In this document: piece after piece, positions 23,232-34,091 of the stretch
How the letters are laid out: each line of letters starts with the position of its first letter
Numbering within the stretch: the stretch's first letter is position 1
NCBI GenBank assembly: GCA_963849325.1
Contig: CAWKHF010000004.1
Coordinates: 256,001-320,000 of the forward strand
Origin: an uncultured Planctomycetota bacterium
Lineage (GTDB): Bacteria; Planctomycetota; Planctomycetia; Gemmatales; Gemmataceae
DNA: 64,000 bases
Direction of reading: 5' to 3'
Translations under genes and position numbers: made by a program
Notes under the pieces: model-generated
What the model was told of the DNA's origin: nothing
Databases searched by the model: none
What the model saw: only the letters and a program-made list of their open reading frames with translations

Positions 23232-23436
23232 GGCCGCCTCCTCTCCGTTGCCCCGGTAGGTTCGAATTCCTCCGTTTCCGCCCCCCGAGGTGCGAGGCGG
23301 AACCGAGAGCGCTGGGGATGTAGCCGATCCGGCTGTCGAGTGTCAATGGTCCTTTCGGACCATCCCCTTATCTGGCCTATCGGCGGAAACCGGCACGGAA
23401 CTCGCGTCGATTTCGCGGCGGGCGCGGCGACTTGCC

Positions 23437-23464
23437 TTGACACGCCTCGCCGAACCGTTATAGT
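23437..23464 (+). promoter_or_regulatory. Sigma70-type promoter TTGACA-N16-TATAGT
   Basis: Consensus-like hexamers upstream of 23552. Confidence 0.55.
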
Positions 23465-23551
23465 CCCGTCCTTCCACCTGGAACCCGAGAACATTATCTC
23501 TATGGGGCGGCGCCGTGCGGCGCCGCGCCGATTTCGAGAGAGACGCACGCC

Positions 23552-23923
23552 ATGCCGGACAGCGCAACAACGGTGGCCGCACTCCGCGAGGCGATGGCTC
23601 GCTTCGTGGCCGAGCGCGATTGGGAGCAGTTCCACAGCCCCAAGAACCTGGCCATGGCCCTGGCCGCGGAAGCGGCCGAGTTGATGGAACATTTTCTGTG
23701 GATCGACAACGAGACCTCACGGGCCGTCGCCCGAGACCCGGCCCGGCGCGGGGCGATCGCCGACGAAATCGCCGACGTGGCCGGCGTGGTCTTCGCCCTG
23801 TGCAACGCCCTGGGCATCGATCTCAGCGACGCCATTGCGTCCAAGATGTCTCGCAACGTCCTCAAGTATCCGGTCGAGAAGTGTCGGGGACGTTACCGGG
23901 TCGAAGAGGAAGAAGACGGCTGA
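23552..23923 (+). CDS. MazG-like nucleotide pyrophosphohydrolase
   Basis: ERDWEQFHSPKNLAMALAAEAAELMEHF...DEIADV...KYPVEK. Confidence 0.9.
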   Translation: MPDSATTVAALREAMARFVAERDWEQFHSPKNLAMALAAEAAELMEHFLWIDNETSRAVARDPARRGAIADEIADVAGVVFALCNALGIDLSDAIASKMSRNVLKYPVEKCRGRYRVEEEEDG

Positions 23924-23941
23924 CAGGAGAGGAGGAGCTTC

Positions 23942-24856
23942 ATGGATGGTCGGCTCCGCTCTGGCATTTGCTCGCAGGCGCAGCTGGAATCGACGGCGTT
24001 CCGCGGCTGGGCTGAGAAGTTCGGCGCGCCGTGGGACCGGGTGACGGGCGGCCTACGGCCGCGCTTTCACCGCAAACTGTGGGAGTGGTGTTACATCGCC
24101 CAGGCGCTGCGGGAACGCGACATGCTGCGGCCGGGACGGCGCGGGCTGGGCTTCGGCGTCGGCCGCGAGCCGTTGGCGGCGCTGTTTGCCTCGTTCGGCT
24201 GCGACATCGTCGCCACGGACCTGGCCGAGGACCAGGCCCGGCAGATCGGCTGGATCGACAGTCAGCAGCACGCCGCCGGCCTGGCCGCCCTCAACGAAGA
24301 CCGCCTGTGTTCGCCGGAGGCGTTCGCTCGCCGGGTGACGTTCCGCTTCGTGGACATGAACGCCATCCCCGACGACCTGCGCGGCTTCGATTTCGTCTGG
24401 TCGGCCTGTTCGCTGGAGCACCTCGGCTCGATCGAGAATGGCGCTCGCTTCCTGTGTCAGTCCATGAATTGCCTTCGGCCCGGCGGCGTCGGCGTCCACA
24501 GCACGGAATTCAACCTCTCGTCCGACGAGAGTACGCTGGACCATTCGCCGACGGTACTGTTCCGGCGGCGCGACGTGGAAACGATCGTCGGTCGGCTGAA
24601 TGCCGACGGCCATGCTCTCGCCCTGGATTTCACGCCCGGCGACGGCTTCGCCGATCGGTTCGTGGACGTACCGCCCTACCGGCACGATCCGCACCTGCGT
24701 CTGCGCGTGCTGGAGTACGTGACGACTTCAATTGGCCTGATAGTCGAAGCCGGCCGCCCGAGTTGGACGGCCCGCTGTCTGCGTCTGCTGCGCCGGGCGC
24801 CTCTGACGCGCCGGGTGGGCCGGTTGGTGAAGAGGACACTGCGGAGAGCATCGTAG
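23942..24856 (+). CDS. SAM-dependent methyltransferase
   Basis: HRKLWEW, GLGFGVGREP, FDFVWSACSLEHLGS, LRPGG. Confidence 0.8.
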   Translation: MDGRLRSGICSQAQLESTAFRGWAEKFGAPWDRVTGGLRPRFHRKLWEWCYIAQALRERDMLRPGRRGLGFGVGREPLAALFASFGCDIVATDLAEDQARQIGWIDSQQHAAGLAALNEDRLCSPEAFARRVTFRFVDMNAIPDDLRGFDFVWSACSLEHLGSIENGARFLCQSMNCLRPGGVGVHSTEFNLSSDESTLDHSPTVLFRRRDVETIVGRLNADGHALALDFTPGDGFADRFVDVPPYRHDPHLRLRVLEYVTTSIGLIVEAGRPSWTARCLRLLRRAPLTRRVGRLVKRTLRRAS

Positions 24857-24867
24857 TCTGTTCCAAG

Positions 24868-24917
24868 AGCCGCTTGCGGCTTAGCGGACAGTGACAGACG
24901 CCAAGCCGCAAGCGGCT
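24868..24917. repeat. REP-like palindrome, family C (AAGCCGCAAGCGGCT)
   Basis: Inverted repeat; related copies at 32702-32740 and 47933-47956. Confidence 0.75.
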
Positions 24918-24939
24918 TGGAGAATTAAGGGAGTGAGTC

Positions 24940-26781
24940 GTGGCTCACCGCCGCCTTACTGAGACTGTACTGCTGGGCGCGAGCCTGCTGCTCGGGATCG
25001 GGCAGTCGCACGGAGACGTGCCGGAGGGGCGAGAGGTGATCGCCACCTCCGTGCCCGTGGCGCCGACGACGCCGCCCGCGCCGTTCCCGCTGAGTCAGCC
25101 GCCGACGGCAACTACCGCACGGCCCGCGCCTGCGCCGATGGCGCCGGGGATGATCCAGCAAGCAGCGTTCGTGGATGCACCGCCGCGTCCGCCGGCCGGT
25201 CCACGCATGCCGGAGAACGGACTAATCCCCCAGGCAGCGCCCGCACCGGCATCCGCCGCATCCGCCCCTTCGCCGGAGCGCCCGTCCTCGAACGGGCTGA
25301 TGAGCGGGACGGTGGCGCCGCCCAGCGCCCCGGCGAGTGGACTGCCCAGCGCGACGGCCACGCTGGTGTCCGTGGAAGTGATTGGGCCGAGCCAGGTAGC
25401 GCAAGGGCAGCCGTTGCCTCACGAAATCGTCGTACGCAACACGGGAGCGCGAGCGGTCACCGACGTCCACGTCGAGGAACCGCTGCCGTCCGGCGTCCGC
25501 GTGCTGCACGCCGAACCGGCGGGGCAGACGCATGGCGATCGCTTGACCTGGGACCTCGGCGCCCTGGAAGGCGGAGCGGAACAGCGTCTGAAAGTCGAGG
25601 TCCAGCCGGCGGCGGCCGGCGAGCTGCACCTGCAGCCTGTCGTCACCTTCCGGCTCGGCAGCGGTTTGCGAACGCAGGTGGTCCGCCCGGCGTTCGCCGT
25701 CGAAATGACGGCGAAACCCGAGCAGACGCGGCGCGGCGGTCCCATCACCTTCACGATTCGACTGACCAACCACGGCGATACGCTGATCCGCGCCATCAAG
25801 CTGTACGACCAGCTGCCGGCGGGACTGCGCCATCCCAAGGGCGAGCGCATCGGCGTCAACCATTTCGGCGACCTGCAGCCCGGCGAGACGCGCAGTCTCA
25901 CGCTGGAGACGACGGCGGTCGGCTCCGGCCGGCTCCGCAACGAGGTCGTCGCCGAGGCGGACGGCGGCATTGAGGCCCGCGCCGCCATCGAAGTGACGGT
26001 GACGGAGCCGGCCCTGGCGCTTCGCGTGGACGGAGCCAAGAAAGGCCTCACGCAGCGCGACCTGGATTTTCATCTGGAGGTGGCCAATCCGGGACCGGCG
26101 CCAGCCACGAAGGTGCGTCTGATCCAGGCGCTGCCGCCCAGCTTCGAGGTCGTCGGCGCCAGTACCGGGGCTGGTCTGGACGAAGCCCAGCACGCGCTGG
26201 TATGGACGCTGGGCGATTTGGCCGCCGGGCAGCGACAGACGGTCACGTTCCGGGTCAAGGCACGCACGGCCGGCGATTGGCCGCTGTACACTGCGGTCCT
26301 GGCCGACAACGTCCCCGAGACGCGCGCCGCCAACGTGCTGCACGTCGAGGGCGCCTCGGCACTGACCCTGGAGGTGCGTGCCCGCGAGGACCGGCTTGCC
26401 GTCGGTGAGGAGACCGTCTACGAGATGCACGTGTTCAACCAGGGCGACGCGCCCTCCGCCGGTCTGCGGCTGACGGCCTTTCTGCCCGACGAGGTCACGC
26501 CGCTGGACACACAAGGGCCAACGTCCGGCCAGGTACGGCAGCAGCAAGTGCAGTTTCTGCCGGTCGGCCAGTTGCCGCCGCGCGGCGACGCGGTTTACCT
26601 CATCCACGTCCGCGGTCAACGGCCCGGCAAGGGACAGGTCCGCGTCGAGCTGACCGCGGAGCACGAGCAGCCGGTCGAGAGCGAGATGAGCGTGCAGATC
26701 CGCGGCGATTCGCCGGCGTCCGCCACAGGGACGATTCCGGCCAGCCACACGAAACCGATAGCAGGCGAAGAGTTGCGATGA
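24940..26781 (+). CDS. Secreted DUF11-repeat (OmcB-like) Ig-fold protein
   Basis: Signal peptide, Pro/Ala linker, four modules of type I.V.N.G...V...LP...WxLGxL..G. Confidence 0.75.
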   Translation: MAHRRLTETVLLGASLLLGIGQSHGDVPEGREVIATSVPVAPTTPPAPFPLSQPPTATTARPAPAPMAPGMIQQAAFVDAPPRPPAGPRMPENGLIPQAAPAPASAASAPSPERPSSNGLMSGTVAPPSAPASGLPSATATLVSVEVIGPSQVAQGQPLPHEIVVRNTGARAVTDVHVEEPLPSGVRVLHAEPAGQTHGDRLTWDLGALEGGAEQRLKVEVQPAAAGELHLQPVVTFRLGSGLRTQVVRPAFAVEMTAKPEQTRRGGPITFTIRLTNHGDTLIRAIKLYDQLPAGLRHPKGERIGVNHFGDLQPGETRSLTLETTAVGSGRLRNEVVAEADGGIEARAAIEVTVTEPALALRVDGAKKGLTQRDLDFHLEVANPGPAPATKVRLIQALPPSFEVVGASTGAGLDEAQHALVWTLGDLAAGQRQTVTFRVKARTAGDWPLYTAVLADNVPETRAANVLHVEGASALTLEVRAREDRLAVGEETVYEMHVFNQGDAPSAGLRLTAFLPDEVTPLDTQGPTSGQVRQQQVQFLPVGQLPPRGDAVYLIHVRGQRPGKGQVRVELTAEHEQPVESEMSVQIRGDSPASATGTIPASHTKPIAGEELR

Positions 26782-26819
26782 GCCGGCGCGAAGATAGTAA
26801 ACTTTCGGAAAATATTTGG

Positions 26820-26848
26820 TTGCCAAACGAGCGCGGGGCGGGTATGGT
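26820..26848 (+). promoter_or_regulatory. Possible sigma70 promoter TTGCCA-N17-TATGGT
   Basis: Spacing and hexamers; intergenic, upstream of rimI. Confidence 0.4.
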
Positions 26849-26984
26849 AAGCCTCTCCTTTCAACGACGCATCGCCCTCTCCGCTGGCCGGAGAGATCGA
26901 AAGACGCCAGGACGGTCGTTTGCAAGGGGGGATGGATTCCCCCGTTTTTCCAAGCTCTCAACTATCGATAGCGATTTCCTCACC

Positions 26985-27034
26985 AGCCCGGAGCGCCAGC
27001 GATGGGTCTTCACCCGTCGCTGGCGCTCCGGGCT
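26985..27034. repeat. REP-like palindrome, family D (AGCCCGGAGCGCYAGCGA)
   Basis: Inverted repeat; second copy at 49319-49373. Confidence 0.8.
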
Positions 27035-27274
27035 TGCCGAGAGAGAGACCCGTGTAGTGCAGAGAGCTTTGTCTTGACCTTGAGCCGAAATGAGGGCGTT
27101 GTTAAGATTCGGCCGCGTTGGGGATGACGGGACACGGCCCATCCGCCGTCACGGCGGCATTCCACGGCCCTTCTGCAACGCTACTGCCGGTCCATTCGGA
27201 ACGTGAACCGCAGGAATCACGGGGCGGCGCGCCCACGGAGGGGGCGCCGTGCGCGTGGAGGGGGAGGAGAGGAG

Positions 27275-27814
27275 ATGGCGATGAGTACCAACCGCACGGA
27301 AAAGGAACAGCTCCGTGTCCATATCCGCTGGATGATCCGACGGGACATGCCGGAGGTCTTGCAGACGGAGCAGGAGAGCTTTGAATATTCCTGGACCGAG
27401 GAGGATTTCTTGCGCTGTCTGCGCCAGCGCAACTGCATCGGCATGGTGGCCGAGCAGGGCGAGAAGGTCGTCGGCTTCATGATCTACGAGCTGCACAAGA
27501 ACAAGCTGCACATCCTCAATTTCGCCGTACACCCTGGCTTCCGCCGCCTCGGCATCGGCGCGCAGATGGTGGCCAAGCTCATCAGCAAGCTGTCCAGCCA
27601 CCGCCGCACGCGCATCACCCTGGAGGTGCGCGAGACGAACTTGCCGGCGCAGCTGTTCTTTCGCCAGCAAGCCTTTCGGGCGCTGCGCGTGCTGCGGGCC
27701 TTCTACGAGGACAGCGGCGAAGACGCCTACCTGCTGCAATACCGCCTCGCCGATGACACCAGCGAGGACATCGAGGAAACCGTCAATCGCATCGCTCAGT
27801 ACGAGGAGAGCTAA
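27275..27814 (+). CDS. rimI: Ribosomal-protein-alanine N-acetyltransferase
   Basis: HILNFAVHPGFRRLGIG, TLEVRETNLPAQLFF, FYEDSGEDAY. Confidence 0.85.
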   Translation: MAMSTNRTEKEQLRVHIRWMIRRDMPEVLQTEQESFEYSWTEEDFLRCLRQRNCIGMVAEQGEKVVGFMIYELHKNKLHILNFAVHPGFRRLGIGAQMVAKLISKLSSHRRTRITLEVRETNLPAQLFFRQQAFRALRVLRAFYEDSGEDAYLLQYRLADDTSEDIEETVNRIAQYEES

Positions 27815-27829
27815 CAAACCGAAACGAAG

Positions 27830-27886
27830 ATCCGAGCCTGAAGCGTAAGCGAAGAGAATCTCTTCGCTTACGCTTCAGGCTCGGAT
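27830..27886. repeat. REP-like palindrome, family B
   Basis: Arms essentially identical to 15638-15696. Confidence 0.85.
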
Positions 27887-28068
27887 ACGCTTGCGTGTTG
27901 GTCATCTCGGACGACTTTTCCGTTTATGCCGGTTGAGCGAGGCGAGGGCGGAGAGGTTATGCCGCATTTGCCTTGATTGCCGGTCCTTCCTTCTTTAAGC
28001 TCACTATCAGTCCTGGCCCCGCGCGCTGGGATGGGATCTCCGTTCCTCAACATCGAGGAGGCACCACG

Positions 28069-28621
28069 ATGCGTACCTGGATGAGGCTCGCTCTGGCTGT
28101 ATTGCTGGCCGCGCCCTTGGCGACGGCCCCGCTTCGCGCCGCCGACCCGGAAACCACCGCGTCGAAGGTCGATCAGCTGCGGAAGGACGTTGACGCCCTC
28201 CGCAAAGACGTGGACAAACTTCAGAAGGATGTGCTCGACAGCAGTGCGCGAGGCGCTGAAGGTCGCGGAGGATCTGCGGGAGATCATCAAACGTCTCGAT
28301 GAGATCGCCCGCAAGCAGGATCAGATCACTCGCCCATCCGGCTATGGACCGCCGTCCGGCGACATCGGCAACGGAGGCGCTCCTGCCGGCACCGGCACGA
28401 TCACGGTGCAGAACCAGTATCCGGCGACGGCCACCGTCCGCATCAATGGCCAGTCCTTCATCGTCGAACCCTATCGCACCCGAGTGATTGGCGGCGTGCC
28501 GCTGGGAACGTACAACTACGAGGTCGAGGTCGAAGGCTATGGTCTGGTCCAACCCCTGCAAACGGAGACGTTGCGGTCGGTGGGACGACGGATCACGATC
28601 TTTCAGCGCATCGGCGGCTGA
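28069..28621 (+). CDS. Secreted hypothetical protein (coiled coil plus small beta domain), frameshifted near 28245
   Basis: RBS GAGGAGG, signal peptide MRTWMRLALAVLLAAPLA, continues in ORF 28190..28621. Confidence 0.6.
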
Positions 28622-28641
28622 GGCCGGCCGGATGCGAGCGC

Positions 28642-28706
28642 GGCGAACGGCCGGCGTAAGCCGGCTGGTGCGAACTCCACCAGCCGGCTTACGCCGGCCG
28701 TTCGCC
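28642..28706. repeat. REP-like palindrome, family E (GGCGAACGGCCGGCGTAAGCCGGCTGGTG)
   Basis: Perfect long inverted repeat. Confidence 0.8.
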
Positions 28707-28723
28707 TACTCGGTGGGACGGCG

Positions 28724-29386
28724 ATGATTATCACCATTGACGGCCCGGCCGGCGCGGGCAAAAGCAGCGCCGCCCGCAGCCTGGCGCAACGCCTGGGCTT
28801 CGAGTTCCTGGACACCGGCGCCACCTATCGCGCCGTGGCCCTGGCGGCGCTGCGCACCGGCATCGACCTGCGCGACGAATCGGCCTTGACTGTTTTGATC
28901 GAATCGCTGCATCTGGAGATGCCGCCGGGCGGACGGGTGCTGCTGAGCGGCGAGGACGTGACGACCCTCATCCGCGTGCGCGAAGTGACCGCCGCGACCG
29001 GCGCCGTGGCCGACAGTCCGGCCGTGCGTCGTCGCCTGGCGCAGATGCAGCGAGCCATCGCCGCCGGTCGAAACATGGTCTGCGAGGGCCGCGATCAGGG
29101 CACCATCGTCTTCCCCGACGCGGTCTGCAAGTTCTTCCTGGTCGCCAATCCCCTCGAGCGGGCGCGACGGCGGCAGCGCGAGATGGCAGCGCGCGGCGAG
29201 ATGGTCGAGTTGGAGGAGGTCTTGCGCGATCAGGAGGTCCGCGATCAGCGCGACGCCGCCCGCGATCTGGCGCCGATGAAGCCGGCCGACGACGCCGTGC
29301 TGCTGGACAGCACGCGCCTGGGGCCGGAACAGGTGGTCGAGGCGATGGCGGCGGAGGTCCGCCGTCGCGTTCCGGGCGGTTCGTGA
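28724..29386 (+). CDS. cmk: Cytidylate kinase
   Basis: IITIDGPAGAGKSS, LDTGATYR, EGRDQGTIVFPDA. Confidence 0.95.
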   Translation: MIITIDGPAGAGKSSAARSLAQRLGFEFLDTGATYRAVALAALRTGIDLRDESALTVLIESLHLEMPPGGRVLLSGEDVTTLIRVREVTAATGAVADSPAVRRRLAQMQRAIAAGRNMVCEGRDQGTIVFPDAVCKFFLVANPLERARRRQREMAARGEMVELEEVLRDQEVRDQRDAARDLAPMKPADDAVLLDSTRLGPEQVVEAMAAEVRRRVPGGS

Positions 29387-29387
29387 G

Positions 29388-30061
29388 GTGACACCTTCGA
29401 TGCGCGATCGGTACTCGCGGTTCTTGTACGAGATGGGTTACTGGCTGTCGATGACGGGTCTGACGCTGGGCTTCAGTTATCGCTTCGAGGGACGCCGTCG
29501 TGTTCCCGCCACGGGGCCGGCCCTGGTCATCGCCAACCATCAGAGCTTCCTCGATCCCCTGATTGTGGGCACCGCTGTGCGACGGCATCTCAGCTTTTTG
29601 CGCGCAAGACCCTCTTCCGCGGATGGTTCGGCAGGCTCATCCGCCGCACCAACGCCGTGCCGGTCGATCAGGAAGGCATCGCCAAGGAAGGGCTGAAGGC
29701 GATCCTGGAACGACTGAAGGCCGGGGAAGCCGTACTGGTTTTTCCCGAAGGCAACCGGACGCCTAATGGTGAAGTACAGCCTCTCAAGGCGGGCATTCTA
29801 CTTCTGCTCAAGCGCCTGGATGCGCCGATCGTGCCGGTCGGCATCGCCGGGGCGTTCGACGCCCTGCCGCGCTGGCGGAATTGGCCGAAGTTGTCGCCGC
29901 TCTTTCTGCCGCCGACGGGCGCCGCCATCGCCGTTGCCATCGGCAAGCCGATCCCCGCCCGGCACTACCGGGACATGCCGCGCGAGCAGGTGTTGGCGGA
30001 ATTACACGCGGAGTTGCAGCGCGTCAAGGAACGGGCGGAACGATTGCGCCGCAAAGTTTAG
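29388..30061 (+). CDS. plsC: 1-acyl-sn-glycerol-3-phosphate acyltransferase, frameshifted near 29605
   Basis: NHQSFLD and FPEGNRT motifs; adjacent to cmk. Confidence 0.85.
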
Positions 30062-30120
30062 CCGCGACGCGCAGCGGAGCGCGAGGGTCTCCCGCGCTCC
30101 GCTGCGCGTCGCGGCTAAAC
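30056..30120. repeat. REP-like palindrome, family A
   Basis: Inverted repeat between convergent genes; supplies the plsC stop codon. Confidence 0.85.
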
Positions 30121-30127
30121 AGATGGA

Positions 30128-30715
30128 CTACCCCAGCAGATGCGTCCGCAGTTTGCGGATGGCCTTGTACTTCTCGTCGCTGATGCGCTCCACGGGCAGC
30201 TGCAATTCTTCGGACATCTCCGGAACGGCCCAGCCCTCGAAGCTCAGTTGCAGGATGCGCTGCTGGCGCGGCGTGAGCACGTCGGCGGCGGCCTGACGAA
30301 CCACCTCGCGCTCCTCGCGCAGATCGCGGCGGTAGGGGTCATTGCGGTCGGCGACGTTGTCGATGGCTGGCGAAAACTTGCGGGCGCGCTGGGTGCGTTT
30401 CTTGACGGTGTCGATGGCGCGGACGAACTCGCGCCGCTCCTCGCCGTCGCCGCGCAGCACTTGGTCCCAGGCGTCGGCCGGCACCCGTTCGAGCATGCGG
30501 CGAAAGACTTCCTGCGTGCAATCGGCCCAGCAGTCCGCCGGCAAACGCGCGTTGCGCCAGCAGGTGACGCAGTAGCGGCTCATGTCGGCGATGGCCTGCG
30601 CCGTCGCCTGCGGCGCCGCCGTCGTCGTCGCCTGCCCCGGCGCGGCGCCGACCGATAACGCCGTACCCAGGACCACGGCCATGACGTAGGGACGTTGCAA
30701 GAGCGAGCTTTTCAT
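30128..30715 (-). CDS. ECF-like sigma70-family protein with a hydrophobic signal-like N-terminus
   Basis: Region-2-like DCTQEVFRRML; region-4 HTH LTPRQQRILQLSFEGWAVPEMSEELQLPVERISDEKYKAIRKLR. Confidence 0.65.
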   Translation of the reverse strand: MKSSLLQRPYVMAVVLGTALSVGAAPGQATTTAAPQATAQAIADMSRYCVTCWRNARLPADCWADCTQEVFRRMLERVPADAWDQVLRGDGEERREFVRAIDTVKKRTQRARKFSPAIDNVADRNDPYRRDLREEREVVRQAAADVLTPRQQRILQLSFEGWAVPEMSEELQLPVERISDEKYKAIRKLRTHLLG

Positions 30716-30847
30716 GAACGAACCTCCCTGACGCAAAACGGTATCCCGACCACTCCCTCTCAGATGGACAGGCACTCCACCTATTCTCGCCGTCACTCCT
30801 TATTTTACCTGAAAATGTCGCGCCCCGCATCTCCGGACGAGACCTGT

Positions 30848-32684
30848 TCAGGCGGACAGCGGCTGATCGGCGACCGCTTCGAGGCGTTGCCAGAATTGCC
30901 GCAGCACCTCGACACTATTGCCCGGCAAACCGCCGCGAGCATAGACGGCACGAGCGTACAGGTTGGCCAAACGCCGCAAGTCCGCCTCCAGGGCCGGCAC
31001 TTCCATGCCGACGCGCTCGGCGAACTCCAACGGCGTTTCGCCGGGATGCCGACCGAGATCGCGCTCCCGTGCCCACGCTTGCACGGCCGCGAAGGTGTAG
31101 CGAATCAACTCCGGTACGGCCATATCGTTCCGCCCGCCGGCGAATGGATTGGCGAACGAGGCAAACGGCTGTTCTGGCGGCGCCCGCTCCTCTTCCTCTT
31201 CGCTCTCCTCGTCGTGCTCTGTCGTCCGGCCCCAGCCGGCGAACAGGTTCGCCCAGAAGTTGCGCAGAGCGTCGAGCAATCGCCGCGCCCAATCGCTAAA
31301 GTTCGCCAGGAACTGCAAGCCCGAACGCAGCACGAAGAACAGCACCACCACACCCAGGATGGCGAACACGACCCACTTGAGGACGGGCGCGATCCGGCTC
31401 ACCAACGTGCGGAAGGCGGAGGTGGATGCCTTCGCCGTCGAACGGGAACTCGCACGCTCGGATGACTCATCGTTCGCGCTTCGCTCCCTCTTGTCCGCCG
31501 ACGAACGGTCGTCGCCGTTGCCCCGAGGTTGGTTGTTGTCGCCCTTGTTCGAGTTCTGGGCGGCTTGGCCGTTCTTCTGGTCCTGGCCCTCGTCACTCGA
31601 ACCGGACTTGCCGTCCTTGCCGCCGGAGCCGTCCTTGCCCTGCTTCGTGGGAGCGCCGCGCTGGCCCTTCTGGTCCCCCTTCTCTCCGCCCGAATCGGTG
31701 GCGTCCTTTTTCCCCTCGGGATCGTTCGCGCCGGGCCGGCCTTCTCCTTCGCCGGATCGGCCGCCCTTCATGGCAAACTTCGACGCGCCGCGATGGGGCG
31801 ACTTGGCGGCTGATAAGTTGAACAGCGAATACTCCGCATCCGGCCGCGGCAGCACGGCGCCAACCACGAGTAGCGACGCAATGAGCAGTCCGCCCACCGT
31901 CAGCCAGACGCCGGTCATCGCCGCCGGCATTCGCAAGCGGCGCTGCCGCAGATAGCGGCGCAAGCTGAGAAAACACGTCGTCAGCAACAATCCCAGCCCG
32001 CAGCCGACGTAGGCGATCATCAACCAGAACGAGGTACGCCGGCGCCCGAGATCGCCGGCGTCGATCAGCGCTTGCCCCAGCCCGAACAAGCGGCAGCGCT
32101 GCCAGCGAGAAATAGACTACCCAGACGCCGAGCGTCCGTTTCTTGTTTCGTTCCTCTCGGTAGCGCCGCCAGCGCTGCCACCAGCCCTCGGCCGGGGGTG
32201 TCGTCTCCTCCTCGGCGTCCTTCGCGTCGCGCGCTTCGTTTTCCAGACCTGCCGCTTGCAGCAGACCTTCGGCGTTGACGTCGGTTTCCTCATCGATGTT
32301 GGTGCAGTCCCACGTCAGGCGATGAGCGCACCACCACACCAGCCCGATCAAACCCGCGTTGATGATCCCGCTCAGCGCCTTGATTCCGCCCTCGGAAGGA
32401 TATTCGACGAACGATTGCATACCGATCCAGGTGAGAATTCCCAGCGGCGCGCCGTACAGGACGGCCCGGCTGGAAGTATCATCCCTCATGGTCATGCGGG
32501 CGAGGAGGACGGCGCCGAAGACGAAGAAAAACAAGATCCACTGCAAGCGCTCCACATAGTCGCCGACGTAGAGCACGTTGAGGAGAAAAAAGACGAGGCT
32601 GGCGACCAGGCCCATGATGAGGGCGGGGCTGATAGCCAGGGCGACATAGTCGGCGAGCGTCTGGTTGGGGCGGTCCGAGGACAT
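30848..32684 (-). CDS. DUF4129-type multi-TM membrane protein, frameshifted near 32090
   Basis: Many TMs, low-complexity linker, C-terminal RHPGETPLEFAERV...LYARAVYA; in the MoxR/DUF58 operon. Confidence 0.7.
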
Positions 32685-32738
32685 GGCAACTCCATCCACC
32701 ACTTGCGGCTTCGCGCGAAAACGCGAAGCCGCAAGCGG

Positions 32739-34076
32739 CTAGGAAACGATGAACGTATACGGCGACGAGCGGTCCACCTGACGCCGGCACAACTCGGGCA
32801 ATTCCGCCTCCTCCTTGAGATGGCGAATATCGCGTATCCCCTCGGCGATGAGCCGGCCATAACCGCGTTCCAACGGCTCGTCATCGAGCAGAATCAAGAC
32901 CACGGTGATCGCCAAGCCGCTGCGCCGCAGGTTGCCCAGCGCGATGGCCGTCTCCGCCGGCACGTCCGGTAGCACGGCGAGGAGGGTCGCATCTCGCGGC
33001 AGCCGGCCGATCATCTCGGTGAGCAACTCCGCGAAGGTCAGGCCGTCGGTCAGCTCGACGCGGGCCAGCGTTTCGCGGATGTGTTGCAATTGTTCGACGC
33101 CGCGCCGCGTTGGGACGAACAGCGGCTGCAAGCGTTCGCTCTCCTCGTTCATGGCGGCCGTGCCGCGGGCGGCCTGGCGCGTGCGCGGGTCTTGCTCCCA
33201 CCCTTCCATCTTGATGCGGTCGGCGGCATCGCGGCCGTTGGTCGCCAGGCCGATCTGCTGGCCCATGACGTACACGGCGTTGGCCAGCGACACGGCGGTG
33301 GTGACGGCCAATTCGGAGCGGAACGGCTCGCCGCGCTGGGGATAGCCCGCCTGGTGGAAGTCGAGCAGGACCGTGGCGCCGGACAGCGTCGAGGGTTCAT
33401 GGATCTTGCTGTGCAGTGCTCCCGTGCGTGCGGTGGCGCGCCAGTGGACGCGGTTGAGTGGATCGCCGGCCTCGTAGGGACGAACGCCGGCGATGCGCGT
33501 CGGGTCTTCGTAGAGGCGATGCGTCAGCCGCACGTCGCCGATTGGCCGGCGCGAGGCCACGTCGTAGCCCAACAGCGGCACGATGCGCGGATAGACGAGC
33601 AGGAACGACGGCTCGGTCAGCACGCGGAAGCGCCGATGCAGGCCGAACAGGTCGCCGCTCTCCAGCGTCAGCGGGCCGATCTGGAAATACCCGCGCATGA
33701 GGCACTCGACCTGATAGTTCATCTCCATGTGGGCGCCGCCGCGGAGCATGGCGATTTGCAGGCGTTTGCCCTTGATCTTCAGCCGGGGGAAACGCTTGTC
33801 GAGCGAGTGGCGCGGCAGCAGGTCCTCGGCGAGCAGCCACGGCACCGGCAGTCCGCCCGTGTTGGTGATGGTCAATTGCACCGGCACGCGCTCGCCGATG
33901 TCGGCGGTTCGTTGCTGGCAGGTGCGCGTCGCCGAGAGATGGCCAATCCACGAACGAGCCAGCCAGCGGCTCAAGAGCAGGAGGCCGAGCAGGACGTACA
34001 TGGCATAGGCCAGCAAGCTCGACTCCAGAAGCAGGGCCGCCAACAGCAACAGGAGTGCGCCGAGAAACCACTTCAT
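32739..34076 (-). CDS. DUF58 domain protein (MoxR partner)
   Basis: GDLFGL, LVYPRIVPL, GVRPYEAGDPLNRVHWRATARTG. Confidence 0.9.
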   Translation of the reverse strand: MKWFLGALLLLLAALLLESSLLAYAMYVLLGLLLLSRWLARSWIGHLSATRTCQQRTADIGERVPVQLTITNTGGLPVPWLLAEDLLPRHSLDKRFPRLKIKGKRLQIAMLRGGAHMEMNYQVECLMRGYFQIGPLTLESGDLFGLHRRFRVLTEPSFLLVYPRIVPLLGYDVASRRPIGDVRLTHRLYEDPTRIAGVRPYEAGDPLNRVHWRATARTGALHSKIHEPSTLSGATVLLDFHQAGYPQRGEPFRSELAVTTAVSLANAVYVMGQQIGLATNGRDAADRIKMEGWEQDPRTRQAARGTAAMNEESERLQPLFVPTRRGVEQLQHIRETLARVELTDGLTFAELLTEMIGRLPRDATLLAVLPDVPAETAIALGNLRRSGLAITVVLILLDDEPLERGYGRLIAEGIRDIRHLKEEAELPELCRRQVDRSSPYTFIVS

Positions 34077-34091
34077 ACAAACACCCAATCA

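Noticed and set aside
26850-27270. ncRNA in the long rimI upstream region
   Set aside because: GC-rich hairpins and one REP are present, but no recognisable family, terminator or repeat support.
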